64,000 bases of DNA from an uncultured bacterium (GCA_964604705.1 CAZSAP010000001.1:363500-427499); one strand, 5' to 3'; positions 1 through 9,708 are shown, numbered from the stretch's first letter. Program-made: numbers and translations. Notes: a model not told the origin generated them from the letters alone.

Positions 1-1728
1 TGTGACGGTTGCGGTTGGGGAGCATGTGGCCGAGGCCGTCAATGTCGCGGATACTGTGCGCGTGGGTGTGACCGAGGGGGTGAACGTAACCGTGGCCGAT
101 TGCGTTCTCGTGGGTGTAGCGGTCGAGGAAACAGAGGCGGTGGGTGTGGCCGTCACGGTCGGCGAGACCGTAGACGTCATGGTTCGTGTTGGCGTAGCCG
201 TGATCGTACCGGTCGGGGTAGGTGTTCGGGTTACGGTGGCCGTCACAGTGCCCGTCGCAGACACGGTCGACGTAGCCGTAGGCGCCCCGCTTTGGACCGT
301 GACATTGTAGGAAAACATGGAGGAATTGTTATCGGAGGTAGACGCCTGCGCACAAACAAAATCGCCAGCCACCAAACCCGACGTGGGCCAGGTCCAGTTC
401 CCACTGCCATCGGCCATGACCGCGCCTAAATACCCTACACTTCCCCCTCTAAATCCCTCGCCTTGTTCAGCACGAAAAAGTTCAATCCGATCTCCGGCTC
501 CGGCCGTTCCCCAGACAGCAGATAGATTGGCAAACGAAATCACAGGTGCGGTTTTGCTGTTGTTGGCACCCAGGAGGAGTTCAATACCCGAAGCTGCAAA
601 CCCACAGATGGTATTGCCGTAGATGCCGTTGTTATCCACCCCAGACCCATTAACCATTATGCCGTAATTGGCGCCTACAATAAGATTGCCCTGCCCGGTT
701 CCAGGCAAACCCAGCAAGTTGTGATGGGAGGAGATATAGATCTTGTTGTTCTGCCCTGCAACCACAAAAGGAGCCGTCCCAGCCACATTGGTGCCAATAT
801 AATTTCCCACCACAGTGTTCCCGCTGCACGCCAAGGAAACATCCGTGCTCGCATGTCCGGAAATGACATTGCGCTCAAGTGTACTGCTACTTCCGCCGAT
901 TAACCCCGGACCATTAAATATGATGCCCCCTCCGGTGTTTTGCCGTATAAGACTGGAGCTGTTTATTCCAATAAGATTGTTTTGTACATAGGTAAAACTG
1001 CTGTTGTAGTGTGTGTACACGCCGACGCCGAGATTTCCACCGATGAGGTTGCCCATGCCCGCAACCGGCAAGCCAATATGGTTGAGTGTACCCGCAGAGA
1101 TATACACCCCGTGACTTTGATTGACGCAGAGATTTTCATTGGCGGTCATGCCGATTATGTTTCCGCATACACTGTTGCCGGAAGAACTCAGGTAGAGACC
1201 ATACGAATTGCTGTTGGCAATGATATTCCCTTCACCGGCATTTCGATCACCGCCAATTTGATTGTATCCCGTACTGGTTACCACCACTCCATAAAAGTTA
1301 CGATTGGTAGGTGCGGTGTTATTCCAATAGACTCCGAAGGTATTCCCCATAATTTTATTCCAGCCGCTTTGCACTGAAATCGCCGCCGAACCCGTGGCAC
1401 CAATAAGACAAAAACCGCGTACCGTGCTCCCATCGCTGCCGGGGCTGAGCTGAATGATGCAAGGACCCACGGAACCAAGCGTGGTACCCATGCCTTCCAT
1501 CACCACCGGGTCTGTAACCGCAAGCGTGGTATAGACCGTAATGGAATTGGTCAGGGCAAAGGCAATGGTCTGAACGCCCGTGGTGGAGTTGGAGGCGGCC
1601 ACGGCCTCGCGCAGTGTGCCCACACCTGAATCCTGCCTACTGGTGACGAGAAACGTTTCAGCCCAGACACTGGACAAAGAAAAAACCAAACACATTCCGA
1701 ACATTAAAATCCGAAGACTTTTTTTCAT
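1..1728 (-). CDS. Secreted CSLREA-motif / parallel beta-helix (PbH1) repeat protein, paralog of 16082..18202. The N-terminus is in the window; the C-terminal part runs off the window edge.
   Basis: Manual minus-strand translation from ATG (rc of cat at 1726-1728) is stop-free for 576 codons down to position 1. N-terminus is MKKSLRILMFGMCLVFSLSSVWA (signal peptide) followed by ETFLVTSRQDSGVGTLREAVAAS. Repeated G-N-x-I-x-G-N beta-helix repeats follow, and a Thr/Pro-rich linker begins at the window edge. It is absent from the ORF track only because it runs off the window. Confidence 0.72.
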   Translation of the reverse strand, partial: MKKSLRILMFGMCLVFSLSSVWAETFLVTSRQDSGVGTLREAVAASNSTTGVQTIAFALTNSITVYTTLAVTDPVVMEGMGTTLGSVGPCIIQLSPGSDGSTVRGFCLIGATGSAAISVQSGWNKIMGNTFGVYWNNTAPTNRNFYGVVVTSTGYNQIGGDRNAGEGNIIANSNSYGLYLSSSGNSVCGNIIGMTANENLCVNQSHGVYISAGTLNHIGLPVAGMGNLIGGNLGVGVYTHYNSSFTYVQNNLIGINSSSLIRQNTGGGIIFNGPGLIGGSSSTLERNVISGHASTDVSLACSGNTVVGNYIGTNVAGTAPFVVAGQNNKIYISSHHNLLGLPGTGQGNLIVGANYGIMVNGSGVDNNGIYGNTICGFAASGIELLLGANNSKTAPVISFANLSAVWGTAGAGDRIELFRAEQGEGFRGGSVGYLGAVMADGSGNWTWPTSGLVAGDFVCAQASTSDNNSSMFSYNVTVQSGAPTATSTVSATGTVTATVTRTPTPTGTITATPTRTMTSTVSPTVTATPTASVSSTATPTRTQSATVTFTPSVTPTRTVSATLTASATCSPTATVT

Positions 1729-1920
1729 GCATCCCCCTTGAATGAAAAAACACCCTCAAATCAAATCGCAGATTGTAGGTTAACATGTTAAGTAGATCAG
1801 ACTAAGATTTACTGTGCATACCCGGTGACCTGTCCTAAACCCCCACATACCGCTTGGACCTTCACCGCATAGCTTGTAGGTATAACGAGATTATATAGTG
1901 AAACAGTAGAGTTCACCTAA

Positions 1921-1969
1921 CAAAAAAAGCCTGTCTCCGCATCTCATTCCGAGCTACAGAGACAGGCTT
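1921..1969 (-). terminator. Rho-independent terminator downstream of the aminotransferase gene (minus strand)
   Basis: Stem aagcctgtctc (1927-1937) pairs with gagacaggctt (1959-1969). On the minus strand it is followed by TTTTTTT (rc of caaaaaaa at 1921-1928). Confidence 0.6.
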
Positions 1970-1997
1970 GAATCAACACACCACTACGCGCCTTCGG

Positions 1998-3296
1998 TTA
2001 TTTTTTCTGCAGTCCAGCTATGGCTGCATGCAAGTTTTGAAACAGCGTCTCCAAATCTTTGAGCGCTACGGCTGAGAACGCGAGGCGAATCAAACCCGCC
2101 AGCATGATCACGCCCGTACTGTAGGTTTTGATCAATTCTTTGCGCACCTCTTCGGCATCCACGCCCACGGGCTTCACGCACATGAAGTAACCGGAGTTGA
2201 ACGGCATGGGCTCGAAGCTGGTCTTATACTCCGGATGCTTGGCAAAAATCTCCTTGATGGCCTCATACCGCTTGCGCAAGATGGTGTACTTGACTTCCTT
2301 TTGCTTGGCATAGTCCGGGTGCTTGTAGGCTTCTAAAAGCATCTTCTGACCAATGCTTGAGCTGTTGGAGATGGCGCCGCGCACCACGCCGCCGGCTTTG
2401 TTTTCCATGGCCTTGAGTTGATCCGCCGTAGCGCCCTTGATGCCGAAGGTGATGAACCCAACCCGGAAGCCCCAGACGTAATCCTCTTTGGTGGGACCGT
2501 CCAACTTGACGGCCAACACGTTCTTATGCAGATCCGCCAAGGGCGCAAAAATCGACTCAAGGAAAATCCCCTGCTCGTACACCAAACCAAAATACGCATC
2601 GTCAATCAGCGCCACGATCTTCTTCCCGGCCTGAGCCGCCTTCTCAATCACCGCCACAATGGCTTTGGCCTCGGCTTCCGTCACAGTGTAGCCGGTCGGA
2701 TTGTTGGGGAAGTTTAGGAGCACCAGTTTCTTTTCACCCGGCTCATTGAGCTTCTGTTCCAACCCCGCCACATTGAACCCGCCATTGACGAACGTGGCAA
2801 ACGTGCTGAACTTGGCGCCGTAGGCTTCGCCAAAAATAAGTTCATAGTTGTCCCAATTCATATCCGGCAAGATGATAGTGTCCCCGGGATTGACAAACAA
2901 ATAGCCGGCCACACTTAGCCCGTGGGTCAGGGCGTTGGTGACCACCGGTAGGCTGGTTTCTTTGCCCTTGAGCGAAGGATTCTTCACACTCAGCATTTCT
3001 TTCCACTTGGTGCGCAGATCCGGCATACCAAAGCTGGGCATGTACAGGAATGACTGCGAGGGCAAGGTGGTCATGGCTTCCAGACACTCCAGGCAGAGCG
3101 GCGATCCGTCCTCTTCAAAGGCCGTGCCAATGGTGGCGTTCAGCTTCACATCCTTGGCTTCGGCCGATTGTCCGAGAATACCCTTGGATGGGAAATAAAT
3201 GGTTTTCCCACGTTCTGACAACACACTCATCGCGGCATTGTCCACCGCGCTGATTTTTTGGTTCAAGTCCTGTGCCAATGCGTTCAAATCTGCCAT
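1998..3296 (-). CDS. PLP-dependent aminotransferase, class I/II fold (LNFPNNPTG motif; DapL/aspartate-aminotransferase-like)
   Basis: 432-aa ORF with a GGAGG RBS 5 nt before the ATG. It has the aminotransferase class I/II hallmarks NPTG, GLVYE and KLDGPTKEDY. Confidence 0.75.
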   Translation of the reverse strand: MADLNALAQDLNQKISAVDNAAMSVLSERGKTIYFPSKGILGQSAEAKDVKLNATIGTAFEEDGSPLCLECLEAMTTLPSQSFLYMPSFGMPDLRTKWKEMLSVKNPSLKGKETSLPVVTNALTHGLSVAGYLFVNPGDTIILPDMNWDNYELIFGEAYGAKFSTFATFVNGGFNVAGLEQKLNEPGEKKLVLLNFPNNPTGYTVTEAEAKAIVAVIEKAAQAGKKIVALIDDAYFGLVYEQGIFLESIFAPLADLHKNVLAVKLDGPTKEDYVWGFRVGFITFGIKGATADQLKAMENKAGGVVRGAISNSSSIGQKMLLEAYKHPDYAKQKEVKYTILRKRYEAIKEIFAKHPEYKTSFEPMPFNSGYFMCVKPVGVDAEEVRKELIKTYSTGVIMLAGLIRLAFSAVALKDLETLFQNLHAAIAGLQKK

Positions 3297-3329
3297 AGGG
3301 CCTCCACGGAGTATTTCCGTTCATAGTAA

Positions 3330-3381
3330 AGGCGCCTCCTGGACCCCGGGGCAAAAACACCCCGGATACCAACAGGCGCCT
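3330..3381 (-). promoter_or_regulatory. Nested GC-rich hairpin in the 5' leader of the aminotransferase gene
   Basis: Outer stem aggcgcctcctgg (3330-3342) pairs with ccaacaggcgcct (3369-3381), 13 bp with 1 mismatch. Inner hairpin ccgggg-caaaaaca-ccccgg is at 3346-3365. A putative sigma-70-like promoter TTGACG-17-TATTTT lies just upstream on the minus strand. Confidence 0.35.
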
Positions 3382-3590
3382 ATAAAATTCGATGAATAAA
3401 ATATGGGTTTTTGGGCGATTCGTCAAGTATGTTTGAAACTTTTTCTCAGTGAGATAACTTCAGTATTTCAAGCCGAGTAATAATTAGTAGATGTACATTG
3501 TAATAAAACGGAATTATATTGCCTCTAACCAATATTGCAACCTTCTTTCGTCTGTGTCCAACTAATACTTCTATTGCTGAAAGGAATGAC

Positions 3591-4715
3591 ATGTCCTTTA
3601 AACTAAACCACTCCAGCCTATTTTGCTTAGCGCTACTGACCACGGCGCTGCTTGCATCTACTGCAACCTCAGGCGCCTTGGCTGCAGATAATGGAGGGGG
3701 TACAGGAAATACTTCACTAGCGCAAGCACTCCCTGCGACAAGACCGACCCCGGTTTCGGTGATCTTGCGCGACATAGCTATTACCAAAACCAGTGCACGC
3801 ACGGACTGGTTATGTGGAACGCTGGTCAACGAAAGCGAATCCTTTGTAGACACTGTGTTGGCTCGAATCGTGTACTGCGATAGTGAAGGAAACACCCTGG
3901 CCTATGAATACAAAAAACTTCTAGACTCCGCGGTGTTCACCTACCATGTGCCGCTCCAGCCCGGATACGCTCGTGAATTCAAAGTACCTTTAAAAAACGC
4001 ACCTAATTTATACAACGAAACTGTCGTGGACATCGCACGCGTAAAAAGCAAAGGATATGATGAATATTTTGTGCCCCTTGAGCCCAAGCTCGGCGCAGGT
4101 GTAGGCTGGGCCTACGGCAGCTGTGGAACCAACCTCGAATTGCTCATTGCCAATTTCTATGCTATCAGTCTAGGTGTAGGTAATGCTGCCTGGTTTGCGA
4201 CCGAACACTGGTCGGATGACGCTTCTGTCTACTCCTCTTCAACTATCACACTTCCTGTTTGCTACCTGCCGGGCACGCGCCTGTATATCGGTGATCCAGC
4301 CTCGTCTATACGCGGACGAATCGGATTCTTTTACGGTCCAACCCACTTATACGCAAAGCCCTACACTACCAAATATGAATGGATCATGGGATACCATCCC
4401 AGCCTTGGATTCCAATGGCGAATCTTCGAAAACGTGAGCTTGGACGTGGATGCGGAATGGGTGATTCCGCAGGAACACAGCAGAGACTACACCTACACAG
4501 AGACCCATACAGGTTGGGATTGGCACTACTGGCCGAACCCACCGCGCTCCTACACCTATACGGACAACCATACCCTACACACGGATTTTAAAAACTATTT
4601 CTCGCCATCGGTGGGCATCACCGTGCATTTTGGGGACCACGGAAAAATTTACGACGACATCAAGACTTCGCGTACCATTCACGTGCGCCAGTCAGAACCC
4701 TCAACCCAGCGCTGA
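3591..4715 (+). CDS. Hypothetical secreted protein (signal peptide; Trp/Tyr-rich C-terminal region)
   Basis: ATG at 3591 preceded by aaagga. N-terminus MSFKLNHSSLFCLALLTTALLASTATSGALA is signal-peptide-like. No motif recognised. Confidence 0.55.
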   Translation: MSFKLNHSSLFCLALLTTALLASTATSGALAADNGGGTGNTSLAQALPATRPTPVSVILRDIAITKTSARTDWLCGTLVNESESFVDTVLARIVYCDSEGNTLAYEYKKLLDSAVFTYHVPLQPGYAREFKVPLKNAPNLYNETVVDIARVKSKGYDEYFVPLEPKLGAGVGWAYGSCGTNLELLIANFYAISLGVGNAAWFATEHWSDDASVYSSSTITLPVCYLPGTRLYIGDPASSIRGRIGFFYGPTHLYAKPYTTKYEWIMGYHPSLGFQWRIFENVSLDVDAEWVIPQEHSRDYTYTETHTGWDWHYWPNPPRSYTYTDNHTLHTDFKNYFSPSVGITVHFGDHGKIYDDIKTSRTIHVRQSEPSTQR

Positions 4716-4737
4716 AAGCCTTACCCAGCGCTGGGTT
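4703..4737. terminator. Hairpin between convergent genes (3591..4715 + and 4746..7421 -)
   Basis: aacccagcgctg (4703-4714) pairs with cagcgctgggtt (4726-4737), a 12-bp stem. It overlaps the perfect palindrome cccagcgctggg (4724-4735). Confidence 0.45.
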
Positions 4738-4745
4738 TCATCCCT

Positions 4746-7421
4746 TTATCGCACCACCGCCACCTTGCTTTTCCCAATCTCTTTCCCGTCTTGCAAGACA
4801 CGCGCCACATAAATGCCTGGGGCGGTTGCGCGACAATTCCAAGCAACCAGGGTAATCTCGCCTTCGGCACCTTGGGCACTAAGCAGCGCCACGCGTTCGC
4901 CATGGACATTGTACAGCTGCACTTTCAGTTCCCCCGCCCCCTTACTCTGAATGGCAAAGGTCATTTGGTCGCGACCCGGATTGGGATATGCCAAAAATGC
5001 GCGTCCATGCAGATCTACGTTTATGCACGTGGGCGTGGTGGTGGTTGTCGGTGTCGTGGTGGCCGTGGCCGAGAGCGTCGGCGTCACGGTCACGGTGGGG
5101 GAAGGGGTCACGGTTTGCGTAATGGTGGGTGTCGCTGAAACGGTCGGGGTTACGGTCGGGGTCGGTGCCGGAACCAAGACATTCGCTGAAAACTCTGACG
5201 TGTTGCGCAGCGCATTCGTACTCAGTGCCGTAATCGATTCGCCGGGGTTCACGCCCGAAAAATTCAAAGTCCAGTTCGTACCCGTGGCTGTGGTGTTCCC
5301 CAGATACCGCAAACTACCACCGTTCAAGCCAGCGCTACGGCTCGCCGTAAAAAGTTCAATCGCATCTCCACTCTCACATGTCCCAGAAGCCTGATTCCAA
5401 ATCACCGAAGTGATTACCGGAGCAGACTTGTTTTGATTCCCACTGCTGTTTAAATTAATCCCTTTGAAGCTAAAGGCCGTGATGGTATTTCCCCACACAC
5501 CATTACCATCCACCGTCGCCCCTTCAATTCGAATTCCTGAAAATCCGCCTACAATCAAATTTCCAACGCCCGTATTTTTTAATCCCACATCATTTCCAAA
5601 AGCATTAGAGAGTAGGTGAATCCCAGATAAGCTCATGTTGGCGGTAGAGGGGCGACCGTCTGCGTGCACACCCATCCAATTGCCTACAATGGTGTTTCCG
5701 GTGCTATCCGTAATGATGATACCCGTGCCTTCGCCACAAATGATATTTTTCTCACTTGGCAATATCCCTCCAAACCGAGTGTACTGAGTGCGCGTCATCT
5801 GAACAACACTGTTTGTCCCATTGAGCACAGCAGGAATGGTATTTCCCGTGGCATCGGTCTGAAAATAATTGCCGCAAACCGTATGCCGAGTACCCATAAT
5901 AATCATGCCCGTTTGTGCACCATAAATCACATTGCGATACGCCGCCACCGCACCGCCGACCAGGGTTTGACTGGAATTCAGGTTTAAATAAATTCCGACA
6001 TTGTTGGTCATGGGAACCGTTCCCGTAGCATCCAGCCCAATCGTATTGCCGGTGATGGAATTGCCCGTCCCCGCATTGAGCATAATGCCAAAGGCTCCGT
6101 TCCCGGAAATGAGATTGCCATAGACATGGCTGCTATCTGTATTGGCTCCCCCAAATAAATTGCCATTTGAGCTAGAATATATACCGTAGTTAGAATTGGC
6201 CATAATGGCTGTTCCCGTGAGATTAACGCCAATTAAATTCCCGGCAATGGTGTTGCCACTGGCGCCAGAATCCATGCTAAAACCAAACCCGTTATTGCCA
6301 GAAATCACATTCCCTTCCAGTGCGCCCGGCGCGCGATTCCCCCCAATCAGGTTGGAACAAGCCGGACCCATGAGCAAGATACCCCGGTCATTGGGCATAG
6401 CCGTGTTTAGATCCGTCACACCAATGCGATTGTTTTGAACGCGGTTAAAATTAGCAGATGATCCGGCCTGAAACAAAATTCCAAGACCGTTTGATCCATT
6501 GCTATTCCCTGCGATGACGTTTCCAAATCCAGCCTGCGGCAAGCCGATATAATTCCCATCAGCCCAATTTCCCAGCACCACACCATAGTGATTTGGAAGT
6601 GCCGCTGTCTGTGTGATGTTTGGGCCCAAGAGGTTCCCACAGATAGTATTGCCTTGAGTCCCGGCTCCATTGAGGTAAACGGCCATAGACACATTTCCCG
6701 AAATGAGGTTACCCTCATCTAGCCCACTGCTGCCACGGTGCCCGCCAATCAAACATTGCGAGCTGCCGGACAAATACACGCCCGTGTTGTTGGCCATAGC
6801 TACCGTTCCTGTGGGGTCAGTGCCAATATAATTATTTTGAACGATCATGCGGGTTGAACTCAACGCATAAATGCCATAGTTGATATTTCCGGATATAACA
6901 TTGCCACCTGCAGGGGTTCCCACCACTACGTCTGATGCTGAATTTGTATAAACGCCGGTGTTGTTCCCTTTGCCTGTAGCGCCAGCCCAATTGGTGCCGA
7001 TGTGGCAGTTTTGAATGCGTACCGCGGTCTGGGCAACAATCGCTTGATTGCCGTCAATTAGTGCCACACCGTCGAGCACCGATCCTTCTGACCCTGGCAG
7101 GAAACCAATCAGATCTCTGCGCACAGCACCACTGCCAATCACCACTGTGCCACCGCCATTGATGGCGACTTGCTCTGAAACCGTGAGCGTGCTGCCAATC
7201 ACGGTAATGGAGTTGCCACCGGCGAGGGCAAACGTGATGTTGTGCGGGCCGGTGAGCGTATTGGCTTCATCCAGCGCGCCCCGCAAGGTGTTTATGGACC
7301 CACTCGGATCGACCACACTGGTTACGACATAGTCTTTGGAAAAGCACGGAACCGTCAGCAAACCTAGACCCACACCCATTATACAAAGCACACGATAAAA
7401 CCCAAACTTAGTCATCAACAT
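4746..7421 (-). CDS. Secreted parallel beta-helix repeat protein with Thr/Pro linker and T9SS-type C-terminal sorting domain (cargo paralog B)
   Basis: 891 aa. Signal peptide, then KDYVVTSVVDPSGSINTLRGALDEAN motif and many GN.I.GN beta-helix repeats. Linker [24 protein letters not shown]-terminal domain ends ...[30 protein letters not shown] lies 6 nt before the second in-frame ATG, so the true start may be at 7415. Confidence 0.8.
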   Translation of the reverse strand: MLMTKFGFYRVLCIMGVGLGLLTVPCFSKDYVVTSVVDPSGSINTLRGALDEANTLTGPHNITFALAGGNSITVIGSTLTVSEQVAINGGGTVVIGSGAVRRDLIGFLPGSEGSVLDGVALIDGNQAIVAQTAVRIQNCHIGTNWAGATGKGNNTGVYTNSASDVVVGTPAGGNVISGNINYGIYALSSTRMIVQNNYIGTDPTGTVAMANNTGVYLSGSSQCLIGGHRGSSGLDEGNLISGNVSMAVYLNGAGTQGNTICGNLLGPNITQTAALPNHYGVVLGNWADGNYIGLPQAGFGNVIAGNSNGSNGLGILFQAGSSANFNRVQNNRIGVTDLNTAMPNDRGILLMGPACSNLIGGNRAPGALEGNVISGNNGFGFSMDSGASGNTIAGNLIGVNLTGTAIMANSNYGIYSSSNGNLFGGANTDSSHVYGNLISGNGAFGIMLNAGTGNSITGNTIGLDATGTVPMTNNVGIYLNLNSSQTLVGGAVAAYRNVIYGAQTGMIIMGTRHTVCGNYFQTDATGNTIPAVLNGTNSVVQMTRTQYTRFGGILPSEKNIICGEGTGIIITDSTGNTIVGNWMGVHADGRPSTANMSLSGIHLLSNAFGNDVGLKNTGVGNLIVGGFSGIRIEGATVDGNGVWGNTITAFSFKGINLNSSGNQNKSAPVITSVIWNQASGTCESGDAIELFTASRSAGLNGGSLRYLGNTTATGTNWTLNFSGVNPGESITALSTNALRNTSEFSANVLVPAPTPTVTPTVSATPTITQTVTPSPTVTVTPTLSATATTTPTTTTTPTCINVDLHGRAFLAYPNPGRDQMTFAIQSKGAGELKVQLYNVHGERVALLSAQGAEGEITLVAWNCRATAPGIYVARVLQDGKEIGKSKVAVVR

Positions 7422-7494
7422 CCTCCGGTAAAAGTAACAATCATGCTAAACGTGAGTTCAATTCTGAACTTCTCGCTATTATTTCGTGTCCACG

Positions 7495-7573
7495 TTTGTC
7501 ATTTCGAGAGGCGTGAGCCTCGAGAAACCTTGTTTTAAAAGCGAGATCTCTCGCTTCACTCGAGATGACAAAC
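7495..7573 (-). promoter_or_regulatory. Conserved structured element (copy 1) upstream of cargo gene B
   Basis: On the minus strand, TTTGTCATCTCGAG...CTCGAAATGACAAA forms a 13-bp closing helix. It encloses the gcgaga-tc-tctcgc hairpin and the GAGGC-UCAC-GCCUC hairpin. It shares the 12-mer TTGTCATCTCGA and helix geometry with 9601..9671. Confidence 0.4.
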
Positions 7574-7658
7574 ATGGTTATCAATTCCAAGAGAACCGCT
7601 AGGCATGCCCTTACGGATTTTCTTTTGCATTTTTTATTCACTTTCCTTTTATAATTGT

Positions 7659-9578
7659 CTATCTCACCACTGCAACTTTGGTCTTACCAACTTCCTTGCC
7701 ATCGAGACTTATGCGCGCGATATATAGCCCGGGTGCCACGCTAGAGCAATCCCAGACAACCACCCCACGCCCCGCAGGCAACGAGTCTGTCACCACACCC
7801 ACCGGCTCCCCGTTTAAATTGGTCATTTGGATTTTCACCTGTACGGCCCGATCCGGATCTACCAAAAACTTCACCTGTTCGCGACCCGGGTTGGGGTACG
7901 CTAGGAAAAGTTTGCCGGTTAAATCTACGTCAGAAAAAGCATTGCGCGGTGTCGGGGTTAAAGTCATAGTTGGCATCACAGTTGGTGTGATCGTGGCCGA
8001 GGGTGAAACCGTGCTTGTCGGGGTTACCGTGGGTGTGCCGTAACGGCCGCCATCGGTGATGGTCCAGTGGCTGCCGCTGGTTAATATCGCGCGGTGCATT
8101 TCCGCTGCCACTGAGTTAAAACGGCTGTGCCCGCCGTCAAACACAACATTGGGTTGTACGCTCTGGTCGGCCCAGCCGGTGAGCAGCGCATCGTAGTTGG
8201 CACTTGTCAGTGTTATTCCGCTGAACATCCCGGAGGCAGACGTCAACGCCCCCACATTCCAACTTCCCAAATTCTGATTAAACGCCACTGCTCCGTTGAA
8301 CATGGTTAACATATACAAGACCTTGCTTGTGTCCCAGGCAGCGATATCCTGATTGAAGGCCACGGCATTGGAGAACATGCTCGACATGTTCGTCACCTTG
8401 CTTGTATTCCAGGCGGCGAGATTTTGATTGAACGCCGCAGCACCGAAAAACATGCTGCTCATGTTCGTTACATTCGCCGTGTCCCAAGTTCCAATCGGCT
8501 GGTTAAACGCACTCGCATTATAAAACATCGAGTCAAACCTTGTTACCGCCCCCGTGTTCCAACCTCCAATCGGCTGGTTGAACGCAGTGGCGCCGGAAAA
8601 CATCGTATTCATGTTCGTCGCATTCACGGTATTCCAAGTTCCAATGAGCTGGTTAAACGCTGTCGCGTTGCGAAACATCGAGTCAAACCTAGTGACCGCC
8701 CCTGTGTTCCAAGCCCCAATCGGCTGGTTGAACGCACTCGCACCATAAAACATCGTACTCATGTCGGTCACCTTCGCCGTGTTCCACCCTGAGATATTCT
8801 GATTGAAAGCCGCAGCGTTTTGGAACATTCTCTGCATACTCGTCACATTGGCTGTGTTCCATCCACTGATATTTTGGTTAAATGCGCTGGCACCGGAAAA
8901 CATGGACGTCATGTATTTAACTGCACCCGTATTCCAGGCTCCAATTGGCTGGTTGAATGCAGCAGCACCGGAAAACATGCTGCTCATATTTTCCACACTT
9001 GCAGTATTCCATCCGCTGATATCCTGATTAAATGCACTGGCATTAGAAAACATCCCTTGCATGTTTATCACATGGCTGGTATCCCACCCAGTCATACTCT
9101 GATTGAGTGAACTGGCGTTCCAAAACATATAGCCCATATAGGTAACATTGGATAAATTGGGCGCGTCACTGGCCGCAAGGGTCAGGTTGGAACAGCCGGC
9201 AAACGCATTGAACATGGTGATCCAGGCTCCGGTGCCCCATTGTTCTATCGTAAGCAGCTTTTGCCGGTCCCCGTCGCCGTTAAAATATATTTGCGGGAAC
9301 GTATTGCGAATTCGCACGGTGTAAGTGCCGGGCGTTGCATAGACGCACGTGGTGTTTCCAGTAATGCCGGTGTATTCCCAGGTATCCAACCCCTGCAAAT
9401 CCACGTCGTAATTGTACCCACTGCCTGCGGTCGGGATGGTGAATTGGTTGGAAGCCGAGGACCCGGGGTTGTCGGTCTTCACCGTGATGATGAAGTAATC
9501 CGTGGTTGCAGCCTGAGTTGCAGCAGCAAGCAAGAGCCCCGCAAGACTTAAAAACAATTTCCTAAAAACATTTTTCAT
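7659..9578 (-). CDS. Secreted DUF285/BspA-type repeat protein with Thr/Pro linker and T9SS-type C-terminal sorting domain (cargo C)
   Basis: 639 aa. Signal peptide MKNVFRKLFLSLAGLLLAAATQA, then about 12 tandem ~22-aa repeats of the form SMF..A.AFNQ.I..WNT..VT.M. Linker TPTVTPTSTVSPSATITPT. The C-terminal domain is ~93% identical to that of gene D. Confidence 0.8.
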   Translation of the reverse strand: MKNVFRKLFLSLAGLLLAAATQAATTDYFIITVKTDNPGSSASNQFTIPTAGSGYNYDVDLQGLDTWEYTGITGNTTCVYATPGTYTVRIRNTFPQIYFNGDGDRQKLLTIEQWGTGAWITMFNAFAGCSNLTLAASDAPNLSNVTYMGYMFWNASSLNQSMTGWDTSHVINMQGMFSNASAFNQDISGWNTASVENMSSMFSGAAAFNQPIGAWNTGAVKYMTSMFSGASAFNQNISGWNTANVTSMQRMFQNAAAFNQNISGWNTAKVTDMSTMFYGASAFNQPIGAWNTGAVTRFDSMFRNATAFNQLIGTWNTVNATNMNTMFSGATAFNQPIGGWNTGAVTRFDSMFYNASAFNQPIGTWDTANVTNMSSMFFGAAAFNQNLAAWNTSKVTNMSSMFSNAVAFNQDIAAWDTSKVLYMLTMFNGAVAFNQNLGSWNVGALTSASGMFSGITLTSANYDALLTGWADQSVQPNVVFDGGHSRFNSVAAEMHRAILTSGSHWTITDGGRYGTPTVTPTSTVSPSATITPTVMPTMTLTPTPRNAFSDVDLTGKLFLAYPNPGREQVKFLVDPDRAVQVKIQMTNLNGEPVGVVTDSLPAGRGVVVWDCSSVAPGLYIARISLDGKEVGKTKVAVVR

Positions 9579-9600
9579 TTACATGCTCCTTATAATTGAC

Positions 9601-9671
9601 TGCCATGTCGAACAAAGTGAGAAATCTTGTTTGTCAAAGACAGCTCTCTCACCAGCGTTCGAGATGACAAC
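9601..9671 (-). promoter_or_regulatory. Conserved structured element (copy 2) upstream of cargo gene C
   Basis: On the minus strand, GTTGTCATCTCGAAC...GTTCGACATGGCAG forms a 13-bp closing helix with the bulge at the same position as copy 1. It has compensatory differences (GAG/CUC becomes AAC/GUU) and an internal GUGAGA...UCUCAC helix. Confidence 0.4.
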
Positions 9672-9708
9672 TCATTTTTTAAAAAACAACATAGCTGATA
9701 TTTTATCA

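Noticed and set aside
2-1478. Plus-strand track ORFs (2..310, 317..622, 721..903, 940..1377 and others) with Val/Gly-rich translations
   Set aside because: They are antisense to the stop-free minus-strand beta-helix gene 1..1728. Thr/Pro/Asn-Gly codon repeats read backwards give long Gly/Val-rich open frames with no RBS or motifs.
7441-7641. 66-aa minus-strand ORF (GTG start) overlapping the conserved upstream element
   Set aside because: No equivalent ORF exists at the second copy of the element (9601-9671). The shared 12-mer is in different frames in the two copies. No convincing RBS.
8424-9110. Plus-strand repetitive ORFs (for example 8424..8792 with repeated 'PSSNRLVKR' units)
   Set aside because: These are antisense of the DUF285 tandem repeats in gene C.
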